From the NCBI RefSeq assembly GCF_006345805.1, contig NC_043000.1, positions 75,020,001-75,084,000 on the forward strand: a stretch of DNA of 64,000 bases, in the 5' to 3' direction. The translations under genes and the position numbers were made by a program. Below the pieces are notes generated by a model. That model had not been told where the DNA came from. It did not search any database and saw only the letters and a program-made list of their open reading frames with translations. Positions 12,993 through 25,419 of this stretch are shown in pieces. Numbering within the stretch: the stretch's first letter is position 1; every line of letters begins with the position of its first letter. This DNA comes from Octopus sinensis. Lineage: Eukaryota.

Positions 12993-13546
12993 GAGTGAGA
13001 GAGCAGTGCATGCCATCAAAGTGACACTGGGGTAAAATATACGAAGCCCAGTATACCCATCATGACTACCCGTCTGATAAGGGTACACCAGGCACATGCA
13101 TCACAACCATATGTGCGCGACATGGTGATCTCATATCAAGATAAACAGCACATGACCTTGCAGGTGGGGCCCAGTTAGAATTTTCTTCAGGTTGAGTAGC
13201 CCATCCCGCTCAAAAGGTCCCTGAATAAGGGTTGTTTAAGGATGTTGAAAGAACCACCCATGTTTCCAGAGGTGAATTATTCAAACCCCAAAGAATCCCT
13301 CTCAACACATGGCTATGATGCTCCCCCACTACTTCTGCACGTGATCAGAGATGCACATATCGTCAGCCACTAAGGGACATGCTCAACTGGTTAAGGTCAA
13401 ACAACTGACAAGCAAATCTGTGGTACTGAGCAGAATATTTGCTGTAGCCCATCTTTTATACCAAGACAAAACAATGTACATGATAACACTTCCAATCAGT
13501 TAAGATCAGAAGCCATGAGAGCCACTGCCTGGTACTGCATCAGGGC

Positions 13547-13547
<1 letters not shown>
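12993..13547. mobile_element. About 555-bp non-coding element embedded in (TAT)n microsatellite
   Basis: Moderately GC-rich, CpG-retaining block with sharp edges, flanked on both sides by long (TAT)n tracts (to 12991 and from 13548); adjoins the 5' side of the R4/Dong element. Confidence 0.55.
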
Positions 13548-13594
<47 letters not shown>

Positions 13595-13659
13595 ATTAGC
13601 TCAAAGCCACAAATTTGTGAGTTGTAATTTATAGAAGTAAGTTGTAACCTACATCATAA

Positions 13660-14200
13660 TGTGAAGGCTGGCTGTAAAGTTCATAGGCTGACCAAGATAC
13701 TCTCATGGAATGTGACCAAATGAGGTTTATTTTCCGACATAGTCCCTCTTGTGGTCAACACATTTCATTAAGCACAATGCCTTTTGCATCCCAAAAAACT
13801 GAGGCCACCACATTTCCTGCAAATGAAATGACCTTGACCTTCTTTAAAGCAAGTGGAGAAGAGGTGTTTCCACTGCATTGATTGTCTCTGGCTCAAAGTG
13901 ATGAACCCAACAGTCACCCTTGGTCTGGAAATCAACTGGATCTGCCTCAAACGATGTCAGACTTTTCCATGGTATCATCAGTTTGGTGCACTTTTGATCA
14001 GGTATCAGAAGACATAGCACCCATCTAGCAGAAACCTTCATCATATCAAGTTCATTATGCAGAATATTCTCAACTCTCTCACAGAATGTGCTAATAGCAT
14101 TGGCTATTTGATTTATAATCAATTGCTTGTCATTCATCATGTTGTGAACATGATCAATGCTTTCCTTGGTGGTGGCAGCTGAACACAGAATATATAGTGG
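13660..14200 (-). mobile_element. Internally deleted Tc1/mariner remnant
   Basis: MKVSARWV..LL and WVHHFEPET mariner motifs (ORF 13844..14140); TIR-like end at about 13660. Confidence 0.75.
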
Positions 14201-14611
14201 CTAAATATTGCAATACATTTTGTCTGCCACAACTCTTACTCGACTCAAAGCAGCTGTATAGCATTACTGTTTTACATGTGTTTTACTGTAACATCTGAAA
14301 ACTTGTTATTGCTTCACTCTAAACTAAGTACAAATCCTGAATGGTTTCAGTTTGTAGAACCTTATAAATTGAGCAGGTACCCTATATATGCTGTAAGATC
14401 TGTAGGTTCTTCTTGCTCTCATTACCATCTCTCTTTTATCCTAAAGTGCAGGTTTGGTGATCTTAGGAAAGGGTACAATTTAAACCTAAGATTTCTAATT
14501 AAAGAAGTTATGAAATATTCTAATTCTTTTTAAAACTTGCATTTTCTTAAACCTTGCTAATGTAATAATCAGAAAGCTCCATATAAAAGAGTATTGCATA
14601 TTTATATTAAG

Positions 14612-14733
14612 GTACCTTTGAAGAATGTTCTGCCGCAACAACAATATCGTCAACCAGAAGATGATGAAGATGAAGAGAATTCTTCACCTGAAGATAACAC
14701 CAGAGCTACAAAGAATAAATGGGATAAATTAAG
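14612..14733 (+). CDS. Host gene exon C (VPLKNVLPQQQYRQPEDDEDEENSSPEDNTRATKNKWDKL)
   Basis: Acceptor tatattaag|, donor AG|gtagat; 122 nt, phase 0 to 2; acidic protein-like sequence. Confidence 0.75.
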
Positions 14734-15289
14734 GTAGATTTTACACATCAATTTTTAGTTGTCAAATTATACAAAATAGAAAATTCTTGCATGTAGATTT
14801 GTATATGTTACATATATGTGAACAAACTCTGTGTGTGCATGTATGTAATGTCTGGATTTTTATTTGTGGTAGTTACTCACTGGTCAGCCTTGATTTTTTT
14901 TTTATATTAGTTACCTTTTTTTTATATTAGTGACTACATTATCTAATATGTTCCATTTTAAAATTAATGTTACATGCTGGAAATAGTTAGATGTTCAAGT
15001 GAACAATGAACTAGTAATTTTCCACAAAGGTAATTATATTTTGTATATGTCCTATTTGCATTCAAGAAGTCAACTGCAGTTTTTAAAAAGTACAGTCTTG
15101 AATGCTGCTGTTTGACCAAGCTTGTGGATTATGCACAACTAAAATTTGAGCCACATAGCATTTTAAAAAGAACCTATATGTAAAAACGATATATTTTCAA
15201 AACACATCACCTAGTGTGTGGGCTAATAGCAAAGAAATTGAAAGCTTACATTGAAGGAATTTTTGTTTAAGATTGTATAGTTGCCACAT

Positions 15290-15870
15290 CCAATAACTCC
15301 CCTAACTTTCCCTAACCATGCATTATCTTACACACATCCTGACTCTCCAAACTGCACTGATTATGAAAATCGATACTAGTGAGGATCCAGTAGGACCATT
15401 TTAAATTTGTCTCTTTTAACAGCAAAAAGCACAGGTATAAAAAGCACTCGTATGTAAAAAAAAAACACCATCCCACCACTCTTCTAAAACATGAGCTAGA
15501 ACTCAGTATCTGGAGTCAGGTAGCCCCAAATGCTGCACTTCATTATCACTACAAATCTCTCCTGAAAGTAGTTAGGGCCACATCTCAAAAACTAGCACTT
15601 TTCTCCAATGCTAAAAAATATTTCAGCTCCCAACAGTTACTGAGGCCTGCTATGGACTACAGCTCCCACATCTGGGTGGTAGTGCTGCTACACACTCATG
15701 CATGCATCACATGCACATACACACACACACACACCCCTGACTGTATTCACTGCTTGGCATTAAATCACTGACTGACTGCAGCTCCTAACCCACAGGTGGA
15801 CTGTGTTTTTGTCTCCGTCTTTTCAGTTGCTACCATAATTGTACTATGGCCTCTGTTCTCCCCCAGAGCA
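15290..15870 (+). mobile_element. Degenerate LINE RT C-terminal remnant (CR1/L2/Jockey group)
   Basis: Fragments translating to RPAMDYSSHIW and SVFFSCYH resemble LINE RT thumb motifs. Confidence 0.4.
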
Positions 15871-16096
15871 TTGTATATATATATAACTATATTTATATAT
15901 AGTTATATATATAACACTGTATACATATAATTATATACATGTAATTATATATCTATATCTATCTATCTATCTATCTATCTACCTACCTACCTACCTACCT
16001 ACCTACCTACCTACCTACCTACCTACCTACCCACCCACCTACCCACCTACCCATCCTACTTACCTACCTACCTACCTACCTACCTACCTACCTACA

Positions 16097-16132
<36 letters not shown>

Positions 16133-16645
16133 TATATATATTTAGGCAATTTCTAGCCTACGATCTAGAAACATGTTCACCATTAACGGTAAGAGATTGT
16201 TTTCGTTTATTTACTACTCCGATTTTGCAGGGTTGTATCATATATGGAGCCTCCACTTGTAGAAAATGGAATTAAACAGTCTCTGACCGCCATTTCTAAT
16301 TCTTTCGGTATGCGGCAAAGCAACCTGTTGCCTGCCTTTTTAATTACTACTATATATACTGAACTCTACAGAAGTTCCAGACGCTAAAAGTCATATTTAC
16401 ATACCGAAATTTACCGGTAAATAATTGTTGGTTGTCTAAAAATCCACGAAAAAAATTATTTACCCTTTTTATTATATCTATATATATATATATCTATATA
16501 TCTATCTATATATATATGTAGTTAATCAAAAATTTTTAACTTGCTTCTATTTGTGTGTTTCTTAGTTTGTGTGTGTGCACCATAATTGTACACTGGCCTC
16601 TGTTTCTTCCCCAGAGCATTGTATATATATAACTATATTTATATA

Positions 16646-17405
16646 TCATCATCATCATCATCATCATCATCGTTTAGCGTCCGTTTTCCATGCTAGCATG
16701 GGTTGGACGGTTCTACTGGGGTCTGTGAAGCCAGAAGGCTTCATCAGGCCCAGTCAAATCTGGCAGTGTTTCTACGGCTGGATGCCCTTCCTAACGCCAA
16801 CCACTCCGTTAGTGTAGTGGGTGCTTTTTACGTGCCACCCGCACTGGTGCCAGACAGAGCTGGCAAACGGCCACGAACGGATGGTGCTTTTTATGTGCCA
16901 CCGGCACGAGGGCCAGGCGAGGCTGGCAACGGACACAAAACGGGGCGGTACTGGCAACGGTCGCGAAACGGAAAGTTCTCTTACATGCCACCGGCACTGG
17001 TAACACATCTGCAATTTCCATTGATCGATTTCCATTGATCGATTTCGATTCTGATGCATACGTAGGCTGGCTCCATCCCATGTAGAAGGCCACGGGTTAT
17101 GGACTCACTTGTCCTGCCGGGTCTTCTCGCGCACAGCACACTTCCAGAGGTCTCGGTCTCTAGTCATTTCCTCAGTGAGACCTAAAGTTCAAAGGTCGTG
17201 CTTCACCACCTCGTCCCAGGTTTTCCTGGGTCTGCCTCTTCCACAGGTTCCCTCAACCGCTAGGGTGTGGCACTTTTTCACACAACTATCTTCATCCATT
17301 CTCGCCACATGACCATACCAGCGCAAACGTCTCTCTTGCACACCACAACTGATGCTTCTTAGGTCCAGCTTTTCTCTCAAGGTACTTACACTCTGCCGAG
17401 TGTGA
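16646..17405 (-). mobile_element. 5'-truncated RTE LINE
   Basis: RT C-terminus QERRLRWYGHVARM...GRGRPRKTW (17189-17380), repeat-rich 3'UTR, (GAT)n tail; about 8-bp TTATATAT TSD. Confidence 0.85.
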
Positions 17406-18767
17406 GTTATATATAGTTATATATATAACATTGTATACATATAATTATATACGTGTAGTTATATATCTATATATATATATCTATATCTATCTATCTCTCT
17501 CTATATATATATAGTTAATCAAAAATTTTCAACTTGCTTCTATTTGTGTGTTTGTTAGTTTGTATGTGTGTATGTTGTATGTATGTTGAAGCTAATAAAT
17601 GTATGTTTCTTAATTGTTTACTTGTATTTTAATATGAAAATATTACTATCTATTTAATATTTGTTTTCCTTCCATTAGCTGGAAATTCAAACATCATCAT
17701 CATCATTTTTTTTATCAACAATAATGGTGGTGCCCCAGCATGACGTCAGCTCTTAAGCTGAAACTGGTAAAAATGTAAAAGAGAACAAATAATCAATAAA
17801 TAACTTTTCTTGACATTAAAAATATGCTGACTATCCTACTACATTGAGAAAGGAATGTATTTATGTATTTTTGTATGGATAATCATAGGATAGAAATTAA
17901 ATATTTACTAGAAGTACTTGTGGAAATTCCATGGTTATTTTGAAAATTGTAAAATGGAATTGTATAATTTTCTGAACCATTTGAGCCTCGGGATGATGTA
18001 AAAGTTCATATAAGTAGTATTAAAATTTCAATCTCAGGAAACATCTGAAAGATTTTATATTCTTACATCTACTTTGTGAGTTGTCTTATTTATCACTTTA
18101 TGTTAAAAAGTAAACAGTATTAACTATGGAGCAAAATCAAAGACATTATCTATAATATTATTTTGCTTCTCTACATTGGTAAAGTTTTAAAACTCAATAC
18201 AGTTATTTGAAAAAAAAACCCAACTTTATCGTTCTTTGTCTTGTTAGTTTTACATGTGTTGTTGATGTATTTTATAAGCTTTGACAGAGCAAACAATAGT
18301 TACTTCATTAAAGTGCATACATTAACTGATGGGTGATATGAATATTAAAAACAAAACAAAAAAAACAAAACACTTTTCACTGTTCTCTTCAGTAAATACA
18401 TTCTCTCTCTCCCTCATTTTCCCTCTTATTCTCTCCCTACCCTACTTTCTCCTTTTATTTCTTCCAACTATACCACATCTCCCCAGTGTTAAATATTTTC
18501 TTTCCCCTCTCTCTTTCTTTCTACTTCTTCCTTCAGCTATTTAACCACATACCATAATAGCAATCCTTTCCTCCTAGCTCTCACTGCCTAGCTCTCCTTT
18601 CTATCTTCTCTGTCTCACTTCAACTAACCACAATGTCACATTTTCTCTTTGTGTATTAATACAGAGATACTTATGCGTGCATATATACATGTGTACATCT
18701 TTCTCTACTTCTTTTTCTCACTCCTCCCCTCTCTCTCATTTCACCTCCCTCTCTCACTCTCATTCCA

Positions 18768-18807
<40 letters not shown>

Positions 18808-19223
18808 ACTAACTCAAGTAAGCAAACAAGCAGAATTATAATATAATTATGTATCAAATTATAATATATATCGAATTGTCAATCACTGGATGGTAGTTAA
18901 TCTCCCAGTAAATTGAATCTGGAACTTAGTTTTGATTACCATTTCTCACTAAAATCATTTCACTTATGTTGTTAATACTTTTGGGAAAGGTATAAATGCC
19001 AAAAGTTTGATTTTTATCTTTCTATGAAGTAAATTGATGGTGTTCACTTATCACATTAAAAAAATGCAGTTTATTTCACTTCTCTGTAAAATAATCTTTT
19101 TGTACTATTGATATTTAATATTTTCACATACTATAGGTATTTTTATACTCTATTGATATTTTCAAACACATTTTATACTTTCATAAACAATTTTTATTTC
19201 CATTCTCCACTAAAATTTTACAG

Positions 19224-19390
19224 AGAAGACAGAGATATGGAAAACCTGGCTGTAGTCTTAAATACCACTCTTCAAACCTACTGGAAAAGTAATGATGAGA
19301 AATCTGATGATGATTGCACAACTGTTATAAAGTCAACAAATAAAGTTATGGACACTAACTCAGATGATGGTGAAATAAATGATCTGCCCA
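19224..19390 (+). CDS. Host gene exon D (REDRDMENLAVVLNTTLQTYWKSND...INDLP)
   Basis: Acceptor aattttacag|, donor A|gtaagt; 167 nt, phase 2 to 1; matches the tail of ORF 19108..19413. Confidence 0.8.
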
Positions 19391-19929
19391 GTAAGTTAAC
19401 CATTTTTATTTAGATAATGTTAACCATGAAATATTATGTTCATTAATACATTGTGGTGTATTTGTTTACAATCCACTATTGCCTTATTCCAGTCATCATA
19501 ATCATTGTTTCCTGTTATTTCCAAGTTTAAACCAGTCATATGCAACACTGCAGCAACAGTGATTCATGTACAATTGTCAGGTGACTTGCAACATGTGGTT
19601 GGTTACTGTGCTGGCGATGGTTCAACCATGCCAACATGGAAAATGGATCTAAAGGACAATGATAATGGTTATCATCATCATTATCCTTGTTATTGATAGA
19701 ATGTTAGGAACTAAAGTAATTTCAGTATCTTGAGTTCAATTTCAGCAGAGTTGAATTATCCTTTCATCTCACTTTGATGAATAAAATAAATAACTGAATT
19801 TGATTCAGTTAGCTAGTTATGATATGTGTGCATTGAGCCCTTAAAATAGGTCATAAATTTATTATCTTAGTTTCCCCAAAATATCTTTTACTTTGAAATA
19901 TTTGATAATCATTTTCCACATAATAATAT

Positions 19930-20099
19930 AGAGAGGTTTGTGGGTAAGAGGTTTCCTTTGCAGCCACATAGTTCTAGTTTGATCACAGTATGTAGTACCT
20001 TGACTTAGTGCCTTCTACTATAGCTTTGGGTTGACCAATACTTTGTGAGTAGAATTCAGTAGATGGAAACTGTGGAAGCCTGTCATGTGAGTGTGTGTG

Positions 20100-20100
<1 letters not shown>
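19930..20100 (+). mobile_element. Partial degenerate family A SINE
   Basis: ttgtgagtagaattcagtagatggaaactgtggaagcc matches the family A core. Confidence 0.55.
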
Positions 20101-20147
<47 letters not shown>

Positions 20148-20441
20148 CATATATTTGATGATTGCTTCATCTTGACAGATGATAGTCATCCCATCAACAC
20201 ACACCACACCCCATCACACAGCACAATCACTCCATTGATGAGCCCTCAGATGACTTTTAAGACCAGCTGCTGACTGACAGGGTTTAAAATACAAGTAACA
20301 GATATTCAAGTTTCTGCTATATCTTTACCCTTTGGAATCTGATTCTGAAGGAATGTTTTTGTGAATTAGCATATGTCTTTTAAATCCAGATACAAATATA
20401 TACATATATGCACGCACACACACACACACATCTATCTATCT

Positions 20442-21667
20442 GCTGTCAACACCCGTTAAAAGGAGGGCTGGGCATGCCATGGTTGATGATGCGCAGACAC
20501 GCACTGAGACTGCGACATCTCTGGCTCTATGTAGACGACGGTGAACAGGTGTGGTCGCCATTTGTGAGGCACGCTTTCCCGCAGCTCGTTTCCATGACAG
20601 AACTGCAGTTGTGGATCAAAAAGAGGCCGAGGAAGGGCGAATGGCACCGCAAGTGTCGCGTTGCTCTCAAGCAACTATGCCGTCCCGGGTCGACCTTGAG
20701 TGACTTCAACACAACCAAAGCATTCTATAGGGGATTAGTAGAGGGGAGGTACAACGATGATCTTGGGGCGAACCTGGGCGTCGACGAGGAACACCTGACC
20801 CGCCTGTTTGAGACAACTTTCGGGCCTGGCAGTGCTACCGCGAAGAGCTACCCGTTCGGGATAAGCTCTATAGGCATGGCTCGAGAAACACGGGGCCGAC
20901 CTGCCCGAGATGCGGGCAGAGCAACGAAACTGTTCTGCACGCAATCGTGCAGTGTCCAACAATCTCTGACCTATGGGCTTATGTCGAACGACTGCTGTCA
21001 CGTGTGGGACGTGTCGGTTTATCAGCCGAGTCTATCGTTAATATCGTCACGCCTCCTTATTTCAAATGGGAAGGAAGAGCTATTTTTATCATACTTGTGG
21101 CTATGGCAAAAGAATGTATCTGGTGGATGCGCCTGAAAGGATTAGAGACAAACACTTTCCTCTCTGGTCAATCTCTCATCAACTTCTTCAAGTATCACTT
21201 GAAAGTGAGAGTAGAGGGGCAAGTTTTGTCTAGTGAATGTTTTAAAAAAAGATGGGTGAATGTAGCAAGGATGGCACGTATGAATGACGAAGTCACCTTT
21301 ACTATGATCCTATGAACTGTAAAAATTACTACAGAAAGTTGCTTATTTGTAAAAAATATAACATTGTGACTTCATTGATCGAGGTTACCATGGTCTTTTC
21401 CATAGGCTTTTCTTTCCACGGGTAAACCTCACCTCTCCTCCCCTTTACACTTTATATTGACATTTCTGTGATAACGATCCCTATCAATCAACTTTTTTCT
21501 TTTTCCTTTTATTTTCACCCCCCCCTTTTTTTTTGCTTTCCTCTTTCTTTCCTTTTACGATCCCTTTTGATCGAAAACCAAACCCCCTTTTTTTATCCCC
21601 AAAAAGAAAAGCTCTACCTTGTAGTTTGTCCCATCTGTGTGCAGCCCTGTGTAGCTAATAAAGAAAC
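20442..21667 (+). mobile_element. 5'-truncated L1/Tx1-clade LINE (ORF2 C-terminus with CCHC zinc finger)
   Basis: GGLGMP motif; AWQCYREELPVRDKL...CPRCGQSNETVLHAIVQC; stop at 21315; AATAAA near the 3' end; flanked by TCTATCTATCT on both sides. Confidence 0.75.
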
Positions 21668-21696
21668 ATATCTATCTATCTATATCTATCTATCTA

Positions 21697-21745
<49 letters not shown>

Positions 21746-22559
21746 TTATTTATTTATGAAAAAGAAGAACGAAAATGCTAGTTTTTAAAAATTAGGTACA
21801 TTTAAATTTCTTTATATAAGTACACCAAGAAAATGTTTTTAGTTTACATGTTTCAGTTGTTTATAAACCTTATCAAAAATATGCCATCATCTGATGTAGA
21901 GAAAACAGATTATTAATAAAATAAACGTTCATAGTGTACTTTTCTTTTTCCTGAAAGAGCATGTGGTAATTTCCATTAATTTTTGCGGCATTGCTAGTAG
22001 TAATTTCAGCTGTTGTCTGTGATGGTAAATTAAGTAGTGTGATCAAAATTGTTTTCAGGAGGAGTAGCTGTACTAATCAAATAAGCAGCAGTAGCAATAA
22101 TAGTCATCATAAAGTTATCTCCCCTGAGATCTTCACAGAAATGGATTTATTTATCCCTTTCGTTACTATATTTCTGACCAAAATACACCCCTTATGTGTT
22201 TCAATTAATTTCGAACATAATCATGAATTTAGTCTGGTTTCATTAAACAACTATAACTTTTTTATTTATCAATATATTAATGTGATTTTTGGAAGATAAT
22301 TTAATGAAATGTTCTCAACCAATTCTATACTATAATTTTTGTCACAAAGTGACTCTAATTGCAGGTAGATACAGGTAAATTCAACAAAATATAAAATTAT
22401 TAAAATTTTGTTCAAACATCGCTATAGAAAATGGGTTATTAGCTAATATTCAATTGGGTATACAACAAAATTTTACGATAGAATTTGTTATTCTGGGTAA
22501 CTTTCTGATACCCATAATAATATTTATGGCAAAATAGTCTTAAATTCATTTAAGGTTGT

Positions 22560-23233
22560 GGGAAACCACTAACTATCCTTTCTTTCGCTTTGTTTACATT
22601 TAGCATAACGGTTCGTTTCCGCCGTAATGAGTTCAAATAGACTCATCAGAAAAAGTAAAAAGAAATAGTCTATCACTTTACTCTCCTGGGAAAGTCTGTG
22701 GCTTGGTCCAGTTTCTTGAGAAAAATCACCGAAAGAAACAGTTTTTAAATTTTCACTCCATTCAGGTGCCAATTCATTTTCTTTATCGCTGTCGGAGCTC
22801 TCGGATTCACTGTTTTCACTTTCGGAAAATGAAACATCAGATTCATTATCAAATACCACGTGCTTTTTTTTTTTCAGTCATAGAGTTAGATTTATCAAGG
22901 TCTTCAGTAGAAAATCCTTCGAATTCTGACTCGCTGCTTGATATAATGAAATTCGTATGCATTTTTTGTCAGAATTACAAATTTTGAAAACACAATAGGA
23001 ACAAATTTCGGAAAAAAATCTCCCAAAATTCACGGAATTAAAATTACACTTCGATTGTTGTACAAAACTGTAGATAAACTGTTTACGAAGTATAATCACG
23101 TGTTTTCACCAATGTTCTAAAGAGATTTGCTCTGATATTCTCATTTAAATATGAATAGGTAAATACGGATGGGTTTGGTCACATTAACCAAAATTTTTTT
23201 CGGGCGGCTTTGGGCGGTTTGGTAACGAAAGGG
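22560..23233 (-). mobile_element. piggyBac 5' fragment (TIR + transposase N-terminus)
   Basis: TTAA (23234-23237) followed on the minus strand by CCCTTTCGTTACC; acidic N-terminus and IDYFFLLF..ELITAETNRYA (22569-22859). Confidence 0.75.
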
Positions 23234-23289
23234 TTAATCTCTTATCTTTATTTTTTATGAATAATATGCATATAGTTTCAGTGTTCTGA

Positions 23290-24412
23290 GCTTAAAGAAT
23301 TTAGACTTGGTTGATACTTTGATACTTTCTTATGAAATGCATTTCCTTGTTAATGCGTTCATTTTGGCTAGTGCTGTCTTTGAATTTGTATAATGGAAAA
23401 GTTGTGAATTTGGGATATTTATTGGATGCGCATCTGTCTATGTGTTTGCTGACAGATATTTTCCTGTATTCCAGAATACTAATTTGGGATTTGTGCACTG
23501 CCATCATCTGATGTAGGCTGTTTTTTGTGTGTCCAATATATTGTTGTTTGCATCCTGAGCATGTAATTATGTAAATCAAATTCTCTGATGCAGATGTAAA
23601 GTTAGTTTTTATGGTAAAATTTTGGCCTTGTTCCAATCAGTATTCTGATCCTTCTATTATGTTGATACAGATCCCACAGTTGAACCTCTCACGCTTTTTA
23701 CTGTCGGCTTTGTGGTTATTGTTGAGTGTAATTTGGCCTGGGTTAAAATCCTCTTCATTGATTTTGGCTGTCTCTTACTTTTGATGATGGTGTGTGTTTG
23801 GATTTGATTCATCTTTGGGTCCCTCTTAGTAGAACTGTGCTATGGAGTATAGTGTTATGTGGGTTCTGTGTGGAGATGTAAGGCAGGGTTTTCAAATTTT
23901 CCTGCTTCTTTGGTCTTGGTTGTCTAAGTTCTTGTGTATTGAATTTAAGGACTTGTTGGATCATATTGTTGATTAAGGTTTGTGGGTAATTCCTATTGAT
24001 GAGTGTAGTTTTTAGTTCTTGGAATCGTGTGTAACGGGTGTTTGTGTCTGATACTATTGTGAATATTCATCCTGGTGTGTCTCGATGGCAAAAATTAAAT
24101 AGTGGTACTGTTACAAGTCCATGGGTTTGTAATAGATATCTGTCTCTATTTTGTTCCCAACTTTCTTAATAAGGATATCTAAAACCAGTAGTTGTTCCTG
24201 GTTATACTCTATTGTAAATTGGAGGTTTTCATTTATTTCATTTAGAAGTGTTTTGAATTTATTAAGTTTTTCTATACTTTCATTCCAGAGGATGAAGCAG
24301 TCATTGAGATATCTTTTCCAGTTGTTTTGAATGTAGGTTGAAAAGGAGTTGCCATATTTCTCAAGTGTTTTCTAGTATAATTTAATTTCGAGATAGCCCA
24401 TTACCAGGTTTG
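23290..24412 (-). mobile_element. 5'-truncated Penelope-like element (RT C-part + GIY-YIG endonuclease)
   Basis: NLIYIITCSGCKQQYIGHT...H (23301-23636); upstream NDCFILWNESIEKLNKFKTLLNEINENLQFTIE. Confidence 0.8.
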
Positions 24413-24633
24413 AAAAGTACACTATGAACATTTATTTTATTAATAATTTTTTTCTCTACATATTTCATTTAAGTACATATTTTTGATAAGCTTTATAAAC
24501 AACCAAAACATGTAAAACAAAAGCATTTTTTAAACTGTATTTATATAAATTTAAATGCACCTAATTTTAAAAAAATAGCATTCTTGTTCTTTTTCATAAA
24601 TATCTACATACTCGTGTGTTATCTCTACATTTT

Positions 24634-24664
<31 letters not shown>

Positions 24665-24665
<1 letters not shown>

Positions 24666-25412
24666 CGTGAAGTATATTTGCCACTTAAATGTGGCTAACC
24701 ACTAAGGGTGGATGCTACTGTAGCTTATAACCCCAGGAGAACATCTTCTCCAGTTAGCTATTGACACATTTTCTGTGCCCTATCAGTATTTGCAAAGGGA
24801 AGCCATCCTTCCCATCGTCGACCTGATGTGATACGCACGAACCTGGGTTTCTGGATATTTACCCATCGTCAGTGCATGACAATCACCGGTCTTCGATGCG
24901 GAGGGGTCCCAATGCAAATACATATATCCTTTTTCCAGTGATGAAAAGTCACTAATCTCGAAAAAGTGTAAACAAGCAATAATAAATCTCTGAACGAGGT
25001 ATAAACAGTAGCTGCACGACAACGTGAAGTATATTTTCCACTTAAATATTGTGCAGCTACTGTTTATACCTCGTTCAGAGATTTATTATTGCTTGTTTAC
25101 ACTTTTTCGAGATTAGTGACTTTTCATCACTGGAAAAAGGATATATGTATTTGCATTGGGACCCCTGCGCATCAAAGACCGGTGATTGTCGTGCACTGAT
25201 GATGGGTAAATACCCAGAAACCCAGGTCCATGCGTATCACATCAGGTCGACAATGGGAAGGATGGCTTCCCTTTGCAAATACTGATAGGGCACAGAAAAT
25301 GTGTCAATAGCCAGCTGGAGAAGATGTTCTCCTGGGGCTACAAGCTACAGTAGCATCTACCCTTAGTGGTTAGCCATGTTTATGTGGCATATACCTTGTT
25401 CAAAGATTTATT
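24665..25412. repeat. 357-bp unit present as about 343-bp inverted arms with a 33-bp spacer; each arm carries a hammerhead-like motif
   Basis: Arms 24675-25017 and 25051-25392 (mirrored ORFs 24783..25022 and 25049..25285); ACGTGAAGTATATTT recurs at 24665 and 25022. Confidence 0.85.
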
Positions 25413-25419
25413 ATATATA

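Noticed and set aside
16830-17000. CRISPR-like repeat-spacer look of the gtgccaccggcac units in RTE tails
   Set aside because: The spacers are homologous to one another (a diverged tandem repeat), lie in a LINE 3'UTR, and there are no cas genes in this eukaryotic context.
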